64,000 bases of DNA from an uncultured Gammaproteobacteria bacterium (lineage in GTDB: Bacteria > Patescibacteriota > Patescibacteriia > CAZGFX01): the NCBI GenBank assembly GCA_964524845.1, contig CAZGFX010000002.1:6440-70439 (forward strand), written 5' to 3'. Below are positions 8,437 through 18,206 of this stretch, one piece after another. The translations under genes were made by a program, and so were the position numbers. Position 1 is the first letter of the stretch. Every line of letters starts with the position of its first letter. Below the pieces are notes generated by a model, which worked only from the letters and a program-made list of their open reading frames with translations, did no database searches and was not told where the DNA came from.

Positions 8437-9018
8437 ATGGAAAACTCAAAATCTAACTATGAATTCATCAAACCGATGTCTGTTGTTGAACAGGTGCGAA
8501 TTTTGAAAAATCTGTTTCCAGATGAGCTCGGTGAAAAGGTTTTCGATGAAGATATTGCGACAAACCTGATTTCCATAGGAGCGGGAAGATGTTTCGCAAT
8601 TCCAAAATGGCAACTTTTCGGAAAAAATTATTATGAAGCGTGCGAGAAGGTTCTTCGTGCACTTTCAAATAGCAGAAATGGCAAATTTCGTAACAAAATC
8701 ATCATCGATACAGAAAATCTTCGTGAATCAAAAGAGAAAATTTCAGGGCTTAAAAAAAACGCCGATGCACAAAAAGGAAATGATATTCTCGTTATTTCGG
8801 GACAATTGACAGATAATGAGTTAAGACTAGGAATATTTGAGACTGCGATAATACTCATCGCACACTATAAAAATATTTATAAATATAACAATTTAAAGAT
8901 CGACTGTGCTGGAGATGAGTCTACTTGTTTTGGCGGCGCTTTCTTTAATATGCCCGAATTCAGCATTGTGGGGGACGAGCTATGGTTGTCTGATTATTCT
9001 AAGTTTTATGCATTTTAG
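8437..9018 (+). CDS. Hypothetical protein (193 aa), unrelated to the repeat paralogs but driven by the same promoter cassette
   Basis: ORF with strong promoter and RBS. No recognisable motif. Confidence 0.55.
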   Translation: MENSKSNYEFIKPMSVVEQVRILKNLFPDELGEKVFDEDIATNLISIGAGRCFAIPKWQLFGKNYYEACEKVLRALSNSRNGKFRNKIIIDTENLRESKEKISGLKKNADAQKGNDILVISGQLTDNELRLGIFETAIILIAHYKNIYKYNNLKIDCAGDESTCFGGAFFNMPEFSIVGDELWLSDYSKFYAF

Positions 9019-9044
9019 AGCATTTTAAAAATTACATATTAAAC

Positions 9045-9080
9045 AAAAAGGTTATCCAAAACATGGATGACCTTTTTTTA
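9045..9080. terminator. Bidirectional hairpin terminator between the convergent genes 8437-9018 and 9094-9444
   Basis: aggttatcc/ggatgacct stem (one G-U pair) flanked by an A-run and a T-run. Confidence 0.5.
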
Positions 9081-9093
9081 TTTTATTAATTAC

Positions 9094-9444
9094 TTACAAC
9101 ACTTTCTGTATAACCCACGTGATGATTCCGTATATGAGTGCGGCGATGATTAGTTCTTTCGTTCCGCCGTTTATTGAAACGGCTGTCGCATATTTCGTCG
9201 CGCCCCAAAACAATAATATATTTATCGCTATATTGATAAATATCGTCGCCAGTCCCAACGTGATGATTTTCAAAGGAACGGAGAGCGCTTTTGCAATTGG
9301 TTTTATAATAGTGTTGGCAATACCGAAAATAAGCAGAGATATTAGAATCGCCTTCGTATCTCCGTGAATTTGCAGTGCCGGGTATATATAAGATACAAGC
9401 AATAATGCTGCGCCATTCAATATAATTCTTAATATAAATTTCAT
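9094..9444 (-). CDS. Small four-helix membrane protein of the phage holin family 4 / YvlD-like type
   Basis: 116 aa. Pattern LxxVxxxPALxIxGxxxALxxxLxxGxxNxxIxPI...L..PL.I.TLG resembles the PF04020-type proteins as I recall them. No lysin or phage genes nearby. Confidence 0.5.
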   Translation of the reverse strand: MKFILRIILNGAALLLVSYIYPALQIHGDTKAILISLLIFGIANTIIKPIAKALSVPLKIITLGLATIFINIAINILLFWGATKYATAVSINGGTKELIIAALIYGIITWVIQKVL

Positions 9445-9539
9445 ATATTTCCTTTCTCAATATTGTATTTTATTACATATATATTGTACTTCTTTTTTTA
9501 TATTGTGTCATTTTTTAAAAAAAAGTGAAATTTATTACC

Positions 9540-9553
9540 AAAATATGCTACAA
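9540..9553 (+). promoter_or_regulatory. Candidate extended -10 (TGcTACAAT) for the gap-pgk operon
   Basis: atatgctacaat sits 24 nt upstream of the gap ATG. No clear -35. Confidence 0.3.
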
Positions 9554-9576
9554 TAAAGCCATATAAATAAACATAC

Positions 9577-10596
9577 ATGGCAAAAAAAATAAGGATTGCG
9601 ATCAATGGATTTGGTCGTATAGGACGAGGAGCATTTCGCGCGGCTCTTGAGAGAAAAAACATTGAAGTTGTTGGAATAAACGATCTTCAACAACCATCAG
9701 CTCTTGCACACCTTTTAACTTATGATTCGGTATATGGGCGTTTTAGAAGCGCTGTAAAATCTGATATTTCGAGCATAACTGTTGGGAAAACAAAAATACC
9801 AGTATATGCGGAAAAAGATCCGAGTAAGCTTCCTTGGAAAAAATTGGGAGTAGATTTAGTCCTAGAATGCACGGGTTTTTTCACTGATGATTCTGCATCG
9901 CTTCATATAAAAGCCGGTGCGAAGCGAGTTATAATATCCGCTCCCGCAAAAAGCAAAACAAATTCTATAAAAACATTTGTTCAAGGAGTAAACACAGAGA
10001 AAGGTGAATTTAAAAAAGAAGTTGTAATTTCAAACGCATCATGTACGACGAACTCTCTTGCGCCTGTGATGGAGGTCATAAACCGCGTGTTTGGTATTAA
10101 AAAGGCTGTCATGACGACCGTACACGCTTATACAGCGGATCAGACGCTTGTTGATGGACCGCACAAAGACTTAAGGCGCGCGCGGTCTGCCGCAATCAAT
10201 ATTATACCTACGACAACAGGTGCCGCGCGCGCCGTCACAGAAACAATTCCTGAACTCAAAGGAATGTTTGACGGAACAGCGCTAAGGGTTCCTGTTCCGG
10301 TAGGATCGATTTCTGATATAACGATGGTTCTTTCAGAAAAAACAACAATAGAAAAAGTACATGCTGTATTGAATAAAGAATCGATGTCAAAAAGATACAA
10401 AGGAATTATAGAGTGTACAAACGATCCGATTGTATCAACTGATATTATTAAAAACCCATATTCAAGTATTGTTGATTTATCTTTAACAAAACTTATAGAT
10501 GGTGATTTGTTAAAGTTGTTCGTTTGGTACGACAACGAGTGGGGATACAGTATGCGCCTTATTGATATGGCGGAAACTATCACATCAGAAAAATAA
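9577..10596 (+). CDS. gap: Glyceraldehyde-3-phosphate dehydrogenase
   Basis: NGFGRIGR NAD-binding motif. Catalytic-site motif SNASCTTN. WYDNEWGYS C-terminal signature. Confidence 0.95.
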   Translation: MAKKIRIAINGFGRIGRGAFRAALERKNIEVVGINDLQQPSALAHLLTYDSVYGRFRSAVKSDISSITVGKTKIPVYAEKDPSKLPWKKLGVDLVLECTGFFTDDSASLHIKAGAKRVIISAPAKSKTNSIKTFVQGVNTEKGEFKKEVVISNASCTTNSLAPVMEVINRVFGIKKAVMTTVHAYTADQTLVDGPHKDLRRARSAAINIIPTTTGAARAVTETIPELKGMFDGTALRVPVPVGSISDITMVLSEKTTIEKVHAVLNKESMSKRYKGIIECTNDPIVSTDIIKNPYSSIVDLSLTKLIDGDLLKLFVWYDNEWGYSMRLIDMAETITSEK

Positions 10597-10599
10597 CAT

Positions 10600-11139
10600 A
10601 TGATGATATTTTTATACGCAAAAGACAATCCAACTCCTAAGCACGCTGATAGGAGAAGGTTTTTGCTTAGTGAATTTCAAAAGAAAGGTGTTCAATTTGT
10701 TACAAACATCGCAGGACATGGCGGTTCGACACTTCCGTACGGATCAGGTGGCGTGGCGCTAGATGAGGAAGATTTTTTCTATGGAGCTGACGGAGTGTGT
10801 GTCGAATATGACGATCCAGATTTCAATCTGCATATTATAGCGCGTGCGTGCGTTGAAAGATCCGTACCGCTTGTAGTTCTTGTTCATGATTCTGTTTCAA
10901 GTGAAGAACAAATTCCTGAATATGCGAAAATTCTAAGATATACGAAAGATAATTGTTCGGATAAAATTGAAGAGATTTTAAATATTTGCGCCGCGCCACC
11001 AACATCATTACAATCTGTGAAATTTACAGTAAGAATTACTCCACAAATCGAGAGGTTTTTGGATAGAGAGGCGAAAAAACAATCTGTATCAAAAGCCGAT
11101 TTTGTCAGGAAACTGATCGAAGATAAAATGGAAAAATAA
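10600..11139 (+). CDS. Hypothetical protein with a C-terminal ribbon-helix-helix (CopG/Arc-like) DNA-binding module
   Basis: C-terminal ~40 aa: KFTVRITPQIERFLDREAKKQSVSKADFVRKLIEDKM, a beta-strand then helix pattern typical of RHH. The gene lies between gap and pgk with 3-nt and 17-nt spacing, so it is co-transcribed. Confidence 0.55.
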   Translation: MMIFLYAKDNPTPKHADRRRFLLSEFQKKGVQFVTNIAGHGGSTLPYGSGGVALDEEDFFYGADGVCVEYDDPDFNLHIIARACVERSVPLVVLVHDSVSSEEQIPEYAKILRYTKDNCSDKIEEILNICAAPPTSLQSVKFTVRITPQIERFLDREAKKQSVSKADFVRKLIEDKMEK

Positions 11140-11156
11140 GATGCTCAATAATTTTT

Positions 11157-12449
11157 ATGAAAAAACAGAAACCAATTAAAACATGGAAAAAGATTCGTTC
11201 TTGGAAAAATAAGAAAGTACTTATAAGAGCTGATTTAGATATACCATTTTATAATGGCAAACTTATTTTAAATGACGAGAGTGATATTCGTTTGAAAAGT
11301 GCAGTGAGTACGTTTCGTACATTTATTGCAAAGAAAAGTATTCCAATTGTACTTGCTCACGTAGGACGCCCAACGACAAATAATAAAAAGATGTTTGATA
11401 TGAGTCTCGTGGCTCGTAGAATAGGATATTTGTGTAATAAAAAGACACATAATATTAGTCTCATTGATGTTCCATTAAGAAAACGATTTTTTAGTTTATC
11501 AACTAAAACCAAAAAATATATTAATGAGTTATCAGATGAGGTTTTTCTGATTACGTCTAGAAAAATATACGGAAAAATAATTTCATATAATGAGCTTAAG
11601 ATTGGGGATATTTTAATACTTCAAAACACTCGATTTTGGAAAGAAGAAGAAAAAAACGATCAACAGTTTGCAAAAGCCTTGTCTTGTTTTGGAGATTTTT
11701 TTATCAATGATGCGTTCGCTACTTGTCACAGGGAGCATGCGTCAACATATGGTGTTATGAAATTTCTTTCGTCATATGCCGGACCAATTCTTGAACGCGA
11801 GATTAAAAATATTGATCGAGTTTTACGAGGATTTCATCGGCCACTTGTTTGTGTTGTTGGAGGAGCAAAGATTTCAACCAAACTCGGAGTGATAAAAAGA
11901 TTTTTATCAATCGCAGACCACGTTATTGTCGGAGGTGGTGTAGCAAACACTTTTTTTTCAGCGCAAGGACACGATATTGGTTTATCATTAATTGAAGAAA
12001 AGGCAAAAAATGAAGCAAAAAAGCTTTTAAAGAATAAAAAGTTAATACTTCCGATCGATGTCGTTGTATCAAAAACAAATAGGCGCATACAGAGAGGAAC
12101 ACGAACCGTCTCTGTGGATCAGGTTTTAAAAGATGAATATATTGTTGATATTGGACCAAAAACGCTTTCCCGCATTCTTCCTATTATTGTGTCTGCCGGA
12201 ACTATTATTTGGAACGGGCCTCTTGGGCTTTTTGAAGAAAAAAATGCCTCATCAGGGACTTATTCTTTTGCGCGAGCAGTGGCAAGATCAAAAGCCTTTT
12301 CGCTTGTTGGAGGCGGAGAAACTCTGATGGTTTTGTCTGTTTTGGGTATTTCTAAAAAAATCTCATATATATCACTTGGAGGAGGCGCCCTTCTAAAATA
12401 CGTTGAAAATAAAGGAAATCTAAAAGTTATCAACAGGTTAAGAGGGTAA
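11157..12449 (+). CDS. pgk: Phosphoglycerate kinase
   Basis: RADLDIP, GGGVANTF, IIWNGPLGLFE and GGGET motifs in the PGK order. Confidence 0.9.
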   Translation: MKKQKPIKTWKKIRSWKNKKVLIRADLDIPFYNGKLILNDESDIRLKSAVSTFRTFIAKKSIPIVLAHVGRPTTNNKKMFDMSLVARRIGYLCNKKTHNISLIDVPLRKRFFSLSTKTKKYINELSDEVFLITSRKIYGKIISYNELKIGDILILQNTRFWKEEEKNDQQFAKALSCFGDFFINDAFATCHREHASTYGVMKFLSSYAGPILEREIKNIDRVLRGFHRPLVCVVGGAKISTKLGVIKRFLSIADHVIVGGGVANTFFSAQGHDIGLSLIEEKAKNEAKKLLKNKKLILPIDVVVSKTNRRIQRGTRTVSVDQVLKDEYIVDIGPKTLSRILPIIVSAGTIIWNGPLGLFEEKNASSGTYSFARAVARSKAFSLVGGGETLMVLSVLGISKKISYISLGGGALLKYVENKGNLKVINRLRG

Positions 12450-12979
12450 GGTGTTGTTGTGAAAAAACTAAAAATATGCTATGATATATTCGAACTTCGG
12501 AGAGAGAAGTTCTTACGACAAAAAATCACCCTTTTCGCTTGTTTTAGCGAAAAATATCAAAATACAATTTTAGATAGAAATAAATAGCTTAATAATGCCA
12601 TATTTTTATATCATGTGTATTATTATGCAAAGAAAGAAACTGTCGTAGCGCTAACCCATTAAAAAAACCATTATGATCCAAGATGCCCACGGGTGCACCA
12701 CAATGCTTTGTAAAGCAGAATATAAAGCTCGTGAAATTGGTCAGCATATCGTTCGTGGCATCGTAAGTCTGCCTATAGCGATTATATCTGGGTTTTATAT
12801 CCAACTTGTTGCATTTCATTATGGAAGTGCTGACGCAACGGGGATATCCTCAGTATTGCTTCACCCAATATCGCTTTTTGTGGCAGTACCGATGTTTTTG
12901 CGATCGGTATTCTCAATTTTTATGAGATTCCGTAACGCGCTTGAAATATGGAGCATTGAATAAAGATGCACCTTTTCGA

Positions 12980-13017
12980 CAGCCGATTCTTATTATTAAG
13001 AGTCGGCTGTTTTTTTG
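12980..13017 (+). terminator. Hairpin terminator (cagccgattctt / aagagtcggctg, T8 run)
   Basis: 12-bp stem with one wobble pair, followed by TTTTTTTT. It ends an otherwise unexplained unit upstream of eno. Confidence 0.55.
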
Positions 13018-13036
13018 TGATTAAAACAAGAATTTT

Positions 13037-13045
13037 TGCTATAAT
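13037..13045 (+). promoter_or_regulatory. Extended -10 (TGcTATAAT) for eno-gpmI
   Basis: tttttgctataat lies 36 nt before the eno ATG. Confidence 0.4.
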
Positions 13046-13080
13046 ACAGTATATATAAATTAATTTTATAAAAAATAGTT

Positions 13081-14352
13081 ATGCAAACAATTCATGATAT
13101 ACGTGCTCGAGAAATTCTAGATTCTCGAGGGAACCCCACAGTGGCCGTAACTGTATATCTATCTGATGGTTCGTATGGGCACGCAGAAGTGCCATCTGGG
13201 GCTTCTACTGGTGTCCACGAGGCACTTGAACTAAGGGATGGTGATCCTAAGAGGTATAATGGAAAAGGCGTTTTAAGAGCTGTTAATAACGTTAATACGA
13301 CAATTAAAAAAGCACTTATCGGTTTTAATGTTAAACATCAAGCAGAGATTGATGAAAAAATGATCAGGTTAGATGGAACGAAAAACAAAGAAGTATTAGG
13401 AGCAAATGCTATTCTTGGTGTATCTATGGCGTGTGCAGCGGCGGCCGCAAATGCATCTAACATGCCTCTTTATAAATATCTTCGTACATTGTTTGATTTC
13501 GGTTATGGAAATACATTTACTCTTCCGATGCCAGTTATTAATGTAATTAATGGAGGCGCTCATGCTGATAGTAATCTTGATTTGCAAGAATTTTGGATTA
13601 TTCCAGTTGGTGCGAAAACAATGGCCGAAAGAGTAAGATACTCCTCAGAGGTTTTTCACTCCCTAGAGAAAATTTTAAAAGAAAACAATAGAGGAACAAA
13701 CGTTGGAAATGAAGGTGGTTTCGCATGTATGTTCACATCTCTCGAAGAACCTTTACAGTTTTTGTCAGAGGCCATAAAACGTGCGGGATACGAATTAGGA
13801 AAGGACTTTACTTTTGGCATGGACACAGGATCATCAGAGTTTTATGATACAAAAACAGATAGATATATTATAAAACTTGATAATAAGATAATGACACACG
13901 AAGATATGTTGCACATGTATGCGGAATGGATGAAAAAATATCCGTTTCAAGCAATAGAAGATCCTGTTGATCAAGATGCTTGGGACGCATGGGCGATGGC
14001 TACTAAACTTTTTGGTGATAAAATACTGCTTGTCGGTGACGACTTTTTTGTTACAAACAAAGAGCGTTTAGCGAAAGGCATTGAAAAAGGATGTGCAAAC
14101 GCAATTCTTATAAAATTAAATCAGATAGGAAGTGTTACGGAAACAATGCAAACAATATTACTAGCAAAACAACACAGATATGCGACAATGATATCTCATA
14201 GATCCGGAGAAACTACAGATACGTTTATTGCGGATTTAGCAGTTGCTGTTAATGCCGAATATGTAAAAACAGGTTCTATGTCCAGAGGTGAGCGTATATG
14301 TAAATATAATCGTTTTCTCGAAATAGAAGACGAACTATCAATTACACAATAA
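13081..14352 (+). CDS. eno: Enolase
   Basis: N-terminus IHDIRAREILDSRGNPTV, SGASTG and IKLNQIGSVTET motifs. Full-length. Confidence 0.97.
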   Translation: MQTIHDIRAREILDSRGNPTVAVTVYLSDGSYGHAEVPSGASTGVHEALELRDGDPKRYNGKGVLRAVNNVNTTIKKALIGFNVKHQAEIDEKMIRLDGTKNKEVLGANAILGVSMACAAAAANASNMPLYKYLRTLFDFGYGNTFTLPMPVINVINGGAHADSNLDLQEFWIIPVGAKTMAERVRYSSEVFHSLEKILKENNRGTNVGNEGGFACMFTSLEEPLQFLSEAIKRAGYELGKDFTFGMDTGSSEFYDTKTDRYIIKLDNKIMTHEDMLHMYAEWMKKYPFQAIEDPVDQDAWDAWAMATKLFGDKILLVGDDFFVTNKERLAKGIEKGCANAILIKLNQIGSVTETMQTILLAKQHRYATMISHRSGETTDTFIADLAVAVNAEYVKTGSMSRGERICKYNRFLEIEDELSITQ

Positions 14353-14361
14353 TAAAATAAA

Positions 14362-15957
14362 ATGGACCAAATCGGACAAGAATTAGTACGTCCAAAACCA
14401 GTCGTCCTTTGTATCTTGGATGGATTTGGGATTGCTCCTCCTGGAGAAGGAAATGCTGTTTCTATGGCAGAAATGCCAAATTATAATAAAATACTTCAAA
14501 TATATCCGTCTATCCCAATACAAGCGTCTGGGGATTATGTTGGCTTGAGATGGGGAGAGGTTGGAAATTCAGAAGTTGGGCATCTTAATATTGGTGCTGG
14601 TGAAATTGTATATCAAAGCTTGCCACGTATTAACAAGTTAATTTCAACTGGAGAATTTTTCGAAAACAAAGTTTTGATTGACGCGATAGAACGAGCTCGT
14701 AAAGGAGGATCTCTTCATATCATGGGTCTTTGTAGTTCCGGAGGAGTTCATTCTCACACAGATCATCTGAACGCACTCATTGATATGTGCGTTGATAAGG
14801 GTTTAAAGAATTTTTTTGTACACATGTTTCTTGATGGACGTGACACTCCTTTTAACTCAGGAATTGACTTCGTGCGCGCGGTCGGCGTGAAATGCAAAGA
14901 AGTTGGTGCAGGAAGCATAGCTACAGTTACTGGTAGGTTTTTCGCAATGGATAGAGATAATCGATGGGATAGAACTGAGAAAGCATACAACGCAATTGCG
15001 TATGGAAAAGCTGAACAGATGAGCATATCACCCGAAAAAGCGATTGAGGATTTTTATGCACAAAACATTTTTGATGAGCAAATTCCGCCAATAGTTATAA
15101 CTGATAAAAATGGTCAGCCATTAACAAAAGTGCAAGAAGGAGATACTATTATTTTTATAAATTTTAGAGCCGACCGCGCGCGTCAACTTACAAAGGCGTT
15201 TGTACTTCCTTCTTTTTCGTCTTTTGAAAGACCTGAATTTTTTAAAGACCTGATGTTTGTCACCATGATGGAGTACGAAAAAGGGTTGCCTGTTATAGTA
15301 GCACTTGAACCAAATGAAATAACAAATCCGCTTGGAAAAATTATTAGTGACGCAGGATTAAAACAATTGCGTATATCTGAAACGGAAAAATACGCTCATG
15401 TGACATTCTTTTTTAATGGAGGAAGAGAAGAAGTTTTTCTGGGCGAAGATCGTGTTGTTATTCCATCTCCAAAAGTCGCTTCGTATGCAGATGAACCTGG
15501 TATGAGTTGTGAACAATTAACGGATCGAATTATATCAGAGATTGCGAAAAATTATTATGATTTAATTGTTGTTAATTATGCAAATCCTGACATGGTTGGA
15601 CACACGGGGAATCTCAAAGCAACGATAGAAGCACTTGAAATACTTGATTGGCAACTCGGGAAGCTTATAGATACTGCGCTTTCTGTTGGTGGAGTAGTTG
15701 TTATTACAGCAGATCACGGTAATTGCGAACAAAAATTGAATTTTCAGACAAATGAGATATCAAAAGAACACTCCACATCTCCAGTGCCATTGGTTATAAT
15801 AGGAAAAGAATATCAAAATATGACGATGATTTCCGGAGGAGTGTCTGATTTATCAACGGTTCAGCCGGTCGGAGTTCTTGCTGATATTGCTCCGACAATT
15901 TTGAAAATTATGAAGTTGCGTCAACCGGAAAGCATGACAGGAACACCATTAATATAA
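14362..15957 (+). CDS. gpmI: 2,3-bisphosphoglycerate-independent phosphoglycerate mutase
   Basis: N-terminal PVVLCILDGFG and GNSEVGHLNIGAG motifs plus the C-terminal ADHGN alkaline-phosphatase-type motif typical of iPGM. Confidence 0.93.
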   Translation: MDQIGQELVRPKPVVLCILDGFGIAPPGEGNAVSMAEMPNYNKILQIYPSIPIQASGDYVGLRWGEVGNSEVGHLNIGAGEIVYQSLPRINKLISTGEFFENKVLIDAIERARKGGSLHIMGLCSSGGVHSHTDHLNALIDMCVDKGLKNFFVHMFLDGRDTPFNSGIDFVRAVGVKCKEVGAGSIATVTGRFFAMDRDNRWDRTEKAYNAIAYGKAEQMSISPEKAIEDFYAQNIFDEQIPPIVITDKNGQPLTKVQEGDTIIFINFRADRARQLTKAFVLPSFSSFERPEFFKDLMFVTMMEYEKGLPVIVALEPNEITNPLGKIISDAGLKQLRISETEKYAHVTFFFNGGREEVFLGEDRVVIPSPKVASYADEPGMSCEQLTDRIISEIAKNYYDLIVVNYANPDMVGHTGNLKATIEALEILDWQLGKLIDTALSVGGVVVITADHGNCEQKLNFQTNEISKEHSTSPVPLVIIGKEYQNMTMISGGVSDLSTVQPVGVLADIAPTILKIMKLRQPESMTGTPLI

Positions 15958-15964
15958 ATATCGT

Positions 15965-16402
15965 ATGAATGAATATATTCCATTAATTATACCTATCGTT
16001 GTTTTTATTCTAGTACAATGTCTTAAGGCTATAATTGATTTATCGAGAAACAGATTTAGTTGGGCAAAAGCATTTACAGGATATGGAGGCATGCCATCGT
16101 CGCACGCAACTGTTACGAGTTCTGTGTGCACTATTGTTGCGTTATTTGAAGGTATACACTCCATTATTTTTGTAGTTTCTTTGTTTTTTACTTTAATTAT
16201 TTTGCGTGATGCCGTTGGATTTCGCGCAGATGTTGGAGAACAAGGAAAGGTAATTAATTCTTTTATAAAAAAGCTTCCTGATACAGAAGAGTACGAATAT
16301 CCTGTGTTTGAAGAAAAGACAGGACATACTATTCCTCAGGTGTTTTTTGGAGTCGCGTTCGGAGTTGTTGTAACAACTCTTCTTTATTGGCTTTTTGTAT
16401 GA
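15965..16402 (+). CDS. Divergent PAP2 / DUF212 (YuiD-like) membrane protein
   Basis: GGMPSSHA motif with three TM helices. 145 aa. Confidence 0.7.
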   Translation: MNEYIPLIIPIVVFILVQCLKAIIDLSRNRFSWAKAFTGYGGMPSSHATVTSSVCTIVALFEGIHSIIFVVSLFFTLIILRDAVGFRADVGEQGKVINSFIKKLPDTEEYEYPVFEEKTGHTIPQVFFGVAFGVVVTTLLYWLFV

Positions 16403-17394
16403 TATATCGTATTGCAGGCGGATTAATTTTATTGTGTGTTTTGGTGTCTGCCGGATATTTTTTTTATGAAACTCGACGTGCACTTACCGAAGATGACCAT
16501 GTCATTATACTTGATATACAATCTGGTAGTAAAAAAGATATCGTGCATACGATACAGAGTGCTGGAATTCCATTAAGTGGTTTTTTATTTCGTATTGCAA
16601 GCATTGGAGATGATTTTGAATCTATCGAACTTGGTGAACGTTATGTGAAAAAAAACATAAGTATGAGAGGATTAATCAATATTTTGAATAAACCACTTGA
16701 AAAAAACAAAGAGAAACAAATTGTGATTCCTGAAGGATGGACAATATCCGAGATTGCAGAATATCTTGCCGAACAAAATCTGGTCGGAGCATCGGAATTT
16801 AAAAATGAGTGCGGAAATATAGAAAAGTGGTCTCGTCAATATTCATTTTTAGATGCGATACCGGAAGGATCTTCTTTGGAAGGGTTTTTGTTTCCTGATA
16901 CATACCGTGTTTTTTCGGATACTACAGCAGAGGCTATTGTAAATAAGATGCTATCAACATTCAAAAAGAAAGTTATTGATAGTGAAATTCTTCCAATCGA
17001 TGGTAATGAATATATTCGCATGAAGATAGCTTCTATTCTAGCGTCAGAGGTTAAAGAATTTGAAGATATGAAACATGTTGCAGGAATTATAAGCAACAGA
17101 ACGAAGATTGGTATGCCATTGCAAATGGACTCCACTGCAAATTATATTATTGGCAGTACGAGAGATCGTCTTTCTCATAACGAAACGAAACTTGATACGC
17201 CTTATAACACATATAAGTATCCGGGGCTTCCTCCAACACCTATAAGCAATCCCGGACTTGATGCAATTCGCGCTGCAGTAACTCCTGAAAAAAACGATTA
17301 TTTTTTCTTTCTTACTGATAAAAAAGGTGTGGTATATTATGCCAGAACTCACGAAGAGCACATAAGGAACAGAAACCTTTATCTCGGAAAATAA
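16387..17394 (+). CDS. mltG: Endolytic murein transglycosylase MltG (YceG family)
   Basis: N-terminal TM helix. PEGWTISEIAEYL, LQMDSTANY and YNTYKYPGLPPTPISNPG motifs. Confidence 0.85.
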   Translation: MAFCMIYRIAGGLILLCVLVSAGYFFYETRRALTEDDHVIILDIQSGSKKDIVHTIQSAGIPLSGFLFRIASIGDDFESIELGERYVKKNISMRGLINILNKPLEKNKEKQIVIPEGWTISEIAEYLAEQNLVGASEFKNECGNIEKWSRQYSFLDAIPEGSSLEGFLFPDTYRVFSDTTAEAIVNKMLSTFKKKVIDSEILPIDGNEYIRMKIASILASEVKEFEDMKHVAGIISNRTKIGMPLQMDSTANYIIGSTRDRLSHNETKLDTPYNTYKYPGLPPTPISNPGLDAIRAAVTPEKNDYFFFLTDKKGVVYYARTHEEHIRNRNLYLGK

Positions 17395-17426
17395 AAAAAC
17401 CGAGTATTTATGACTCGGTTTCGTTT
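17394..17426. terminator. Bidirectional hairpin terminator between mltG (+) and the convergent gene 17408-18115 (-)
   Basis: aaaaaa-ccgagt-atttatg-actcgg-ttt. Overlaps the stop codon of the minus-strand gene. Confidence 0.45.
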
Positions 17427-18115
17427 GATTCCTCTTTTTCTGTAATAGTTAATTTTAAGTTAGGGTTCGTTTTTTTTGGGTCGAGCATGTATGGCTCCCA
17501 TATACACATATCTTTATATGTAAATCGTTCCCACGAACGATAATTATCAACATTGTTTACGAGATACCACTCCGTTCGTTCGATCGCAAGAAGGACAAGT
17601 TCTGATATACACCAGTATTTTTTTGGATCGTCTTTTTGTAAACGAAATATTGTTTTAAAAAAGTCAAAAAAAACAATCGGGTTATCAAAAACATCCTGTG
17701 GAATAGATAAATTTTTGTTTAACTCCCTATTTATTATACTTGTTCTTGTTCTGGCAAGAGCTTCGCGAAGCAGTTTTTTTCTTTCTTTTAATGGTGTTCT
17801 GATAAGTACAAGATGTGCATATATTTCAAGAAATTCAAAATACCAAATAAGATAGGAGTCTCTAAGCAAACAAGAGCGAAAAAATTCATTAATATCAATA
17901 GAAAAATCTGTTCTTTTATCTTTTGACAGAATAAACCCTTCATCTGACAGCTCAAGTATCCATTTATTTATAAGCGTTGTTATTGAGCTTATAATTATGT
18001 TTTTATCAAGCCAGTGCTCGGTTTCTTTGTATTCAGGAAATTTTTCTAATATTCTTTCTATCGAATATCTTTCTATAAAAAGAACATTTATGAAATTTTG
18101 TTGATTTATAGGCAT
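17408..18115 (-). CDS. Hypothetical protein (235 aa)
   Basis: Clean ORF with coding-like composition. No motif recognised. Confidence 0.55.
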   Translation of the reverse strand: MPINQQNFINVLFIERYSIERILEKFPEYKETEHWLDKNIIISSITTLINKWILELSDEGFILSKDKRTDFSIDINEFFRSCLLRDSYLIWYFEFLEIYAHLVLIRTPLKERKKLLREALARTRTSIINRELNKNLSIPQDVFDNPIVFFDFFKTIFRLQKDDPKKYWCISELVLLAIERTEWYLVNNVDNYRSWERFTYKDMCIWEPYMLDPKKTNPNLKLTITEKEESNETES

Positions 18116-18206
18116 TTTTACCTCATTGACTTTCTTTGTTTTATGTGCTATTATTTAATTAGTTTTAATCATATATTATATACCATTAATAATTAAATAA
18201 ATCAAT

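Noticed and set aside
9086-9460. Overlapping ORFs 9086-9460 (-) and 9119-9367 (+) at the holin-like locus
   Set aside because: They are alternative frames or strands of the same segment. The 116-aa frame has the coherent TM periodicity, and the others look like frame shadows.
12673-12963. 96-aa ORF as a confident CDS
   Set aside because: There is no Shine-Dalgarno (aaaaaaaccattATG), and the composition is atypical relative to neighbouring genes. I kept it only as one possibility within the region finding.
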